45,077 bases of DNA from Candidatus Poseidoniales archaeon. GTDB taxonomy: Archaea; Thermoplasmatota; Poseidoniia; Poseidoniales; Poseidoniaceae. Position 1 is the first letter of the stretch; each line of letters opens with the position of its first letter. A model generated the notes under the pieces. The model saw nothing but the letters and a program-made list of their open reading frames with translations, did not search any database and was not told the origin of the DNA. The DNA lies in contig QXXW01000016.1 of assembly GCA_009887255.1 (NCBI GenBank), positions 1 through 45,077 on the forward strand. Direction: 5' to 3'. Below are positions 9,620-16,900 of this stretch, piece by piece. The position numbers and the translations under genes were made by a program.

Positions 9620-11847
9620 GAGAGATCCCCCCTGGCTGTGACGTCGAGCATGGAAAGCTGAAGGGTGAATTCAATGACTTCTCCGTTGGTATGCCAAACG
9701 GCTTCAGCCGTCCCGTAACTTGGATCTGGCACCCAGCCAACATAATCGGTGAGTAAATCCAACCTGCCCGGATAGATGGTCCAGTCTTCACTGGCATCAA
9801 GCCCAACAGCAGCGTGGTCGGCGATGGCGGTTCCATAGGGCGCACTCCAGCCCCGACGGATTTCAAAAGCAGGAGCCGAAGCCAAGGAACGTCGATTCAC
9901 CAATTCAATGTCCAAGTCCAGGGCCCCCCCGCCGCTGATGCTGTCACTGGTTGGATGGAGCGACGGCACGGTGGCTGCAAATCTTGGACCAGGACCGCCT
10001 CGGTCTGAGGGTGGTACGATGACGTAGGGGCGAAACTCGGGATGGTTTGTTAGCACAGCACCACCGCTGAAGGCCACTTCCATGCCTTCGACGGAGGAAC
10101 TGAACGTGTAGGCCAATCTCGACAGATGGAAGGCCCATACCGTGCCAACAACAGCATGTGTTTCCAAGTCCGCACCACCGATGACCTCGATTTCAACACT
10201 GGAGGGGTGTGCTCCGCGAATCCAGGCCTGCTCCACATCAACAGCACTCCGTCCACCCATGCGTTCCCATGGTAGGTCGGTGGTCAACCAACCACTTGCT
10301 TGGGTGCCCACCGTTGTGCATCGTTCCTCTCCGTCGTGGGGGAGTTGATGGACGCCGTGAGCTCCAGCGGCTCGGGTGAGCCGAAGTGGATGGCCATCAA
10401 TGACCTGCAAGCTGGTGTTGCCTTGAGCCAGTGCCAACGTACTGACTCGGTTGTCCCCCAGGAAGGATCCCGATGAATTGGTGGATCCGGTGGTGTTCCA
10501 TTCTGTGACATAGCCCACCAACTCCACCCGCAATTGTTCTGAAGTAGCATCGTCTTTGATGAACACAAATTCACCACCGGAAAGGGCACCGGTGTCATGC
10601 GCTGGTACAATGTGATGTCCAACAGCTGAGTTTGTGCTGCTCAAGTTGTCTTCTCCAGACCAGAGCATCATGAGCGCTCCGTCTGCGATCAACACAGGCG
10701 CCCCTTCGGTGTCTTCGGGGGGCCAAGAAACGTGCTCCAGGCCTCCAGGTTGAACAGAGATGCCACTTCCAGTCCATGTTGCTGTGACCACCTCCTCTCC
10801 TGGATTGGTCAGTCGCAAGGTCCCTGGCTGTGTTGGAGGGGTAAAGGTGGTCCCCGTGTATTGGCCCGTGCTGGAAGGCCATGGCGTGATACCAAGATCG
10901 GCACTGATGTTTCGAACAAACAACAGACGCGACGGAGCACTGGTGGTGATGTAAACCACAGAGGGATCTGTGATGTTTACAGGGGCCACAAACGAGGTTC
11001 CAGTTCGCATCGTGCCATCGGGCAGGGCGAAGCCGATTGATGTCTCATCCCCGATGTCAATCTGTATTTGGTTGGCCGTTTGGCTCAGCACTTCAACGGT
11101 GTGATGGCCTGCAGGCATGGGAACAGCCCAAGCGTGTCCTTTGTCGTCAACGGGTTGATGATCGTCCGGCAGCATAACAGTCGCTCCAGCTTCGCCTGTA
11201 AAGGCCAACACCGTGAGCTCATGGGTTGAATGGAGAACCAGGTCTTCGTTTGATGACAGCAAAATCTCGGTCAATTCGTCAACTCGCAATTCTCGTTCTT
11301 CAATCACATCAACGTCGTTGGACAGAATCAAGTCAACCGGGCCCAGGGGCATGGCAAGGCCGGGCAGGACCGATACAAGAACCGAGTCAAGGTTGTTGTC
11401 GAGCGTGTAGGCATACGGGCGATTGACACCTTGCCGCAAATCGGTGATGCAAACGGCTTCCACCGGCGATTCAGCATGGCGTATCTCGACTTCATCGTCA
11501 AAATCCAGCGCACCACGTGCTCTGAGTTCTTGACCCTCATGCCAGGTGGCGGAATACCACATTCCGCCTCTCAGGCTGTCCCAATCGAGGCTGCCATCAA
11601 CTGGAATCAACTCGGCAGAGGTGGAATCTCCGGGCATGCCTCGTTCGCTGAGGGCATTGGTTTGCGATGCCAACAGGGTCATCTGAGCCGACATGTCATG
11701 GCGCTCAACTGAACCTTCCATCTCTTCGATGACTGGCATCATTGACACCATCATCAGCCCAATGATGGACAAGACTCCACCGAACAGCAACACCGTGGCT
11801 ACCGCCGCCGATACCGCTTGCTCATCCCGGCGCATGGCGCCGTTCAT
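9616..11847 (-). CDS. Large (743 aa) pilin-like / pilus-associated surface protein with class III signal peptide-like N-terminus
   Basis: The N-terminus is MNGAMRRDEQA|VSAAVATVLLFGGVLSIIGLMMVSMMPVI. The remainder is beta-rich and Thr/Ser/Gly-rich with no further TM. There are 4-nt overlaps with both neighbours (11844..11847 and 9616..9619). Confidence 0.6.
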   Translation of the reverse strand: MNGAMRRDEQAVSAAVATVLLFGGVLSIIGLMMVSMMPVIEEMEGSVERHDMSAQMTLLASQTNALSERGMPGDSTSAELIPVDGSLDWDSLRGGMWYSATWHEGQELRARGALDFDDEVEIRHAESPVEAVCITDLRQGVNRPYAYTLDNNLDSVLVSVLPGLAMPLGPVDLILSNDVDVIEERELRVDELTEILLSSNEDLVLHSTHELTVLAFTGEAGATVMLPDDHQPVDDKGHAWAVPMPAGHHTVEVLSQTANQIQIDIGDETSIGFALPDGTMRTGTSFVAPVNITDPSVVYITTSAPSRLLFVRNISADLGITPWPSSTGQYTGTTFTPPTQPGTLRLTNPGEEVVTATWTGSGISVQPGGLEHVSWPPEDTEGAPVLIADGALMMLWSGEDNLSSTNSAVGHHIVPAHDTGALSGGEFVFIKDDATSEQLRVELVGYVTEWNTTGSTNSSGSFLGDNRVSTLALAQGNTSLQVIDGHPLRLTRAAGAHGVHQLPHDGEERCTTVGTQASGWLTTDLPWERMGGRSAVDVEQAWIRGAHPSSVEIEVIGGADLETHAVVGTVWAFHLSRLAYTFSSSVEGMEVAFSGGAVLTNHPEFRPYVIVPPSDRGGPGPRFAATVPSLHPTSDSISGGGALDLDIELVNRRSLASAPAFEIRRGWSAPYGTAIADHAAVGLDASEDWTIYPGRLDLLTDYVGWVPDPSYGTAEAVWHTNGEVIEFTLQLSMLDVTARGDLS

Positions 11848-12905
11848 CCGCTCACCTCAATGCGTTGCAGGTCCATTTCAAGGTAGAGAGGTAAGCCTTG
11901 GTTGCTGACGGTAATGCCGTCGGATCCGCTCGCCCTTTCATAGGGTGTAAATCCAATGTACGTGTCAAGAGTTCCGGCGGCCCGCTGAACGGTGTAGTCG
12001 GTCAACCACGTGTCGTGGTACTGCGGGGTGACCACGGAGTGAAGGGCATTGAACACGTTAAACCGCACGTTGTATGCTTCACCTGTAAACAGCATCATGG
12101 GCCCTTGGGAAACAAATTCAATGCCGATGTTGCTGCCGCTTCCCACGGACCCTTCCGTAACCGCATCGGTCAGCAGGATGGAGAGGCGCAATTCATCGTT
12201 GGCCATCCTGTCAAATTCAACCATGGGCATCTGCGTCACGTCCCACGCTCCGTTCGGAAATCGCTCTCCACGGGCGTTGTTCATCAGCACGATATCATGC
12301 TGGCCTTGACCCAACGAGGTTGTGACTTGGAGTCCAGAAAGTGAAATGTCAACCGAACGATGCAACTGTTCTCCGATTTCATCGTACACCGTGACGATCA
12401 TCCAGTGGCTGGAATAGGCATCGTGTTCTATGAGAATTTCCTGATGGTCTGCCTCCAATGTGGCGTTGAACATCCCGTTTGGGTGCTCAATCGTGAGGCT
12501 TCGTGCGGTTTCATTGGCAGAGAGGAGGCCGATGACCGTATCGTTGACATGCCTCACATTGATCCGTTCGGTCGAGGTCAAATCTGCAGCAATGGTCCAC
12601 GTTTCCACGTTTTGAACCGACAGGATTGATGTGGATTGAATCGCCAACGTGTTCCTGAATCCTGTTCCATCTGGAGCATTTCCTGCAACTTGCAAACGGT
12701 CCTCCAGTCGGTCGGCAATCCCCGTTGCGGAATTCCAGTTGGTGTTGTCTTCAAAATCTGAGAGGTACGGGTTGAGAAACACCCACACCCCCCCCATGAT
12801 GGTAATCACCATGGCAAGAAGCATCACCACGCCGAGGACTTCACTTACACCACGCTCATCAGCATCCAGCCGTTGACGAGCGGTTTGACGGCGCCGGCGC
12901 ATCAC
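11844..12905 (-). CDS. Archaeal type IV pilin-like protein (archaeal pilin N-terminal domain, formerly DUF1628)
   Basis: The N-terminus MMRRRRQTARQRLDADERG|VSEVLGVVMLLAMVITIMGGVWVF matches the characteristic (D/E)RGVSEV-hydrophobic signature of archaeal prepilins processed by PibD/FlaK-type peptidases. There is a 4-nt overlap with the upstream MBL gene (12902..12905). Confidence 0.7.
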   Translation of the reverse strand: MMRRRRQTARQRLDADERGVSEVLGVVMLLAMVITIMGGVWVFLNPYLSDFEDNTNWNSATGIADRLEDRLQVAGNAPDGTGFRNTLAIQSTSILSVQNVETWTIAADLTSTERINVRHVNDTVIGLLSANETARSLTIEHPNGMFNATLEADHQEILIEHDAYSSHWMIVTVYDEIGEQLHRSVDISLSGLQVTTSLGQGQHDIVLMNNARGERFPNGAWDVTQMPMVEFDRMANDELRLSILLTDAVTEGSVGSGSNIGIEFVSQGPMMLFTGEAYNVRFNVFNALHSVVTPQYHDTWLTDYTVQRAAGTLDTYIGFTPYERASGSDGITVSNQGLPLYLEMDLQRIEVSG

Positions 12906-13777
12906 GATTTGTCACACCTGTTGCTCTCATTTAGCCCTTGACCTTCATGCTCTGTTCGAACCGCCATTGCTTGTGGGGTTTGAATGCCATCGTGTTCGCC
13001 CCTGTCCGCTCCAATGTAGTGTGAAAATTCGGGTCCATCTTGGGTTGAGATGGTGAGGTCTCCCGAAAACACCTCCTCGATGTAGTACAGAACGGTGGAC
13101 TCAGCGATGTGGGGTTGGTTGTTTTTTTGACTCAAGTGGGTCAACACCACACTACGCGTGTCTTGGGTGCAAACTTCGGCCAAAAATTGGCCGGTTTGGT
13201 CGTTGGACAAGTGGCCTCCCGGACCGGATATTCGGTCCTTGAGTGACCGTGGGTACGGTCCGTTGAGCAATCGTCGTTCATCGTAATTCGCCTCAACGGA
13301 AATGTGTTCGCAGCCCCGAACATGACGAACGAGTTCGTCGGTGAACGTCCCGAGGTCGGTGATGATGGCGGCACGCTCACCATTGTGACTGGCCACGAAA
13401 GCCACGTTGTCGGAACCGTCATGGGGGACAGGAACCGGGAGGACGCTCAGGTCGTCACCGATGCGTATCAAATCCAGCGATTCAAAAAACGTGGTATGTT
13501 CTGGATTTAACCCCAGTTCCAGCGATGTTCTTTCGTTGGCGAGAACCTGAAGCTGCCATTTGTTCTGCACAACCGCAGCCCCCCCACCGTGGTCACCATG
13601 GTGGTGCGTAATCAACACGCAATCGATGTCTTCGGGAGAGAGGTTCATCAGTGCAAGTCGTTTTTTGAGTTGCACGCCACTGAAGCCCTGATCGATCAGC
13701 ACATTGACCTTCGGTGTGGAGAGCAGCGTGGCGTTGCCACGGCTTCCCGTCCCGAGGTGCGTGATGGTCATGGGCAT
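12902..13777 (-). CDS. MBL-fold metallo-hydrolase, YycJ/WalJ-PhnP-like (Lactamase_B_2 type), probably cytoplasmic
   Basis: The N-terminus LGTGSRGNATLL, the metal-binding motif ITHHHGDHGGG and the late motif GPGGHLSN ... THLSQKNN are typical of YycJ-type MBL hydrolases. ORF track 12902..13885. I prefer the ATG at 13777 (MPMTITHLGTGS) because the 36-aa extension has no counterpart in the fold, but 13885 remains possible. Confidence 0.8.
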   Translation of the reverse strand: MPMTITHLGTGSRGNATLLSTPKVNVLIDQGFSGVQLKKRLALMNLSPEDIDCVLITHHHGDHGGGAAVVQNKWQLQVLANERTSLELGLNPEHTTFFESLDLIRIGDDLSVLPVPVPHDGSDNVAFVASHNGERAAIITDLGTFTDELVRHVRGCEHISVEANYDERRLLNGPYPRSLKDRISGPGGHLSNDQTGQFLAEVCTQDTRSVVLTHLSQKNNQPHIAESTVLYYIEEVFSGDLTISTQDGPEFSHYIGADRGEHDGIQTPQAMAVRTEHEGQGLNESNRCDKS

Positions 13778-13927
13778 GCTTCTGTACCCAGCGCGGGAAC
13801 CACTTGAACACACCGCCCTGCTGGATGAATTAGCGATGATTTGAGGTCCATTTCCGTCAATTCGGTCAAAGGTGTGTATGAACATTGTTCCATCAGCCTC
13901 ATAAGCAAACTTTCCAAGAGAAAAAAG

Positions 13928-13942
13928 AGCGAAGTCTTCGCT
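13928..13942. promoter_or_regulatory. Candidate operator: 7-bp inverted repeat AGCGAAG-t-CTTCGCT in the divergent control region between the MBL/pilin-like operon and the 1917-aa gene
   Basis: The perfect palindrome agcgaagtcttcgct was read directly at 13928..13942. It lies 17 nt upstream of the ATG at 13959 and is preceded by an A-rich tract (gagaaaaaagag). Function is inferred from position only. Confidence 0.25.
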
Positions 13943-13958
13943 TTATGGGGTCACCGGC

Positions 13959-16900
13959 ATGCGACGAAGTCAAACCGCCTTGCTGACAACCATCGCTGTC
14001 GTGTCCAGTCTGCTGTTCATGTCACAATTCCCAGCCATCTCAAGTGTTGCCAACATCCACCCGGATGACACCGATGGCTCACCGCCCCCGAACACGGACT
14101 CTGATGGGGACATGATCCCCGATGTGCACGAAACCCTGTTCGAAGAATGGATGAACTGGACGGCTGTTGACGGAAGAGATGTTGTCATCAAAGGGTTGGA
14201 CAAAAACAACGCTTCCGATGCCTACGTGGACATTGATCGGGACGGATTGAACGCCACAGAAGAATTTTGCTGGCCATATCCGGCCAATTGCACACAACCA
14301 GGTTTTCCAAGAGGATTGACCGGGGAACTTGATGAAAACAACGATCGAATCTACCTTGACCCTCGGATGTCCGACACCGATGGCGATGGGATGCCAGATG
14401 GGTATGAAGCGTACATGTGCCAACGAATCGGGGGTTTTGACACGGCAACACTACGCTACTTGTGTCCCTCGTTCAACCCTTTGAATGCTTCCGACTTGAC
14501 CCTTGATGGCGACAACGACGGGTTTGATGTCGATCGGGACGGTATTATGACCCCTTCAGAGCGCTTTACGGCCCCAGAGGAGTACGCTCACGGGACCCCA
14601 GACACCTACACGCCGGAACTTGACGGGTTGTGGTGCCATGCCACACTGCCAGAAGGGTCATCGCTCAAGGTTTGGCCTTACATCCCAACGGGTGCTAACG
14701 CCACCTTCCAGAACCTTCTCCCTGCTTGCACCGGCAACGCTACATTCCCGGTGGGTGAAGATCTGTGGCTTGGTACGGACCCGCTTCTTGACGATTCAGA
14801 CCGGTACAACTGGGACGGTTTCTCTGTGCGCCCGCTCTACCCATCGTTCGGAGACGGCATCCCTGACGGTTGGGAGGCCCACTTCGGTCTCGATCCACTC
14901 AATCGGTCCAACGCCTTGCTCGATTCGGATCAAGACGGCTGGGATGCGAACAGAGACGGCTTCGTTTCCGCAGACCTTTCAAGAACCTCCACCGCCATGA
15001 CGCTGGGTGAGGCTCTTTCAACGCTTCAAGAGTATCTTGTTCACGAGGATGGAGGCAACACCGTATATCCCGGCCTCAAGAACACCGAACTGGGCACAGG
15101 CGGGGATGTCACTGTTCATCCGCTGATTTATGACAGCACCGAAAGCGACCCGTCCGTCCTTCACCACGACATCAGGTCTCTCGACCATTCCAACGGGGAG
15201 TTGTACGTGACCACACGCTACGGTGTGTCCATTATCGACCTCTCTGAGAACACTTCACGTCACTCGTCCATGGTCCAGGGTGTTGATGTCATGGACTCCA
15301 CTCTCCTGTCACGGGACGGTCAGCCCTACGCAATGGTCATGGCCACAAGCGTTGGGATGGTGGTTTCACCCCTTCTCGCCGATGGACAGTTGGCTGAAGC
15401 GTCCGATTGGACCTGGGCGCTTGGGCCGAAAATCACCGCCATGACCGTGCTTCATGGCACCGACGGTGACGCTCAATTGCTGGGATTGGGCCACGCAGGT
15501 GCAGGCATGGTCGTTGAGGTGGATGGCGCTGGTCAGTTGTCGGCAAGCCACGATGTCGGAACCGGCATCGTCGAAGCACTTGCCGCCGCCAACGCCTCCG
15601 TTACGGCTTTGGATCACGGGTCCGCAGCTGGAACGACAATCACCCTCTACGTGGGGACCGACCGGGGGATGCTGGTTGTTGACACCCCCTCCGCTCGCGA
15701 CGAAGCCACCGGAATCTGGCGTTTCTTTTACACCACTGAATCGGTGAGCATCACGGCCAACGTGGATGAACTTCGCCCTCTGCCCTTGGGCACCACAGGC
15801 AACCCTGCGGAAGTGCGAGATTTGGTGCTTGAAGGACCAAGTGAGAACAACGCTCAAGCGTTGTGGTTCGGTACGCCTTTCGGCCTTCACAAGATGAACC
15901 TCAACGATGGCACCATCTCTCACAGCGGCTTGCTCACCCATCCCGGGGTCGATGGTCAGTTGGCACGGGAGAGCAACAGTATCCGGAGCATCCACCCGAC
16001 TGGAGACGAACTTCTCATTGGTTCTTCTTGGGGTCTATGGGCCGTCGCAGGCGATTACACTGCTGTTTACGGGGTTCAGGATCAAACGTGGATACCTGGT
16101 GACATCACGACCGTTCTTTCGGTTGACGTTGAGGGCCAAACCACCGTGTTTGCGGGTTCTTCACCCGGTCAATATGCCAATCTCCGATTGATGGACCCTG
16201 GTGCGAACGATTCAGACGCCGATGGGATGCCCGACGGCTGGGAAGTCGTGCACGGCCTTGACCCCACGGATCCCTGGGACGCCCTCTATGACACGGACAG
16301 CGACGGTCTGGACCTCGATCAGAACGGCGACATGAACCTTGAACGCCTTTGGACCAACCTTGATGAATTTCGATACAGTGCCACCACGCCTCAAGGGTAC
16401 AACTCAACCGATCCAAGGGTGGGCGACACCGATGGGGACGGGCTGACCGACGGCTCAGAGTATTTCGGCTTCTTCTACGACGTCAGCACGTTATGGTGCC
16501 ATTACTCCGTTCAAATGGAATATATTTGCGACGATCCAGCTGGACAAGCAGCCAACGCCACGTACCTTGCCGTGGCCAACATTGACACTTCATTGGACCC
16601 AACAAACCACGATTCCGACCAAGATGGGATGCCAGACGGCTGGGAAATTGAACACCGACGTTGGGTAGGCTCGACCTTTAGCGGCGGCAACAACTGGACA
16701 CTGGATCCACTTCGCGCTGACGATGCAGCGTGGGATGCTGATGGGGATGGCTTGGCCAACCTGTGTGAATACCGATGGTCAATCGTTCGTGACATGGCAG
16801 CCAATGGTGACTTGTACGAAAGTCACGGGGAAGCCTCAGACTCAGCGGCGTTGTGGTCGGTAGCCGACCCCAACAACGTCGATTCTGACGGAGATACACT

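Noticed and set aside
13778-13885. 36-aa N-terminal extension of the MBL hydrolase (ORF-track start 13885)
   Set aside because: The extension (MFIHTFDRIDGNGPQIIANSSSRAVCSSGSRAGYRS) precedes the point where YycJ-type proteins normally begin (M-x-x-x-x-LGTGS) and is not a signal peptide. It is not excluded, because GAGG lies 11 nt upstream of the 13885 ATG.
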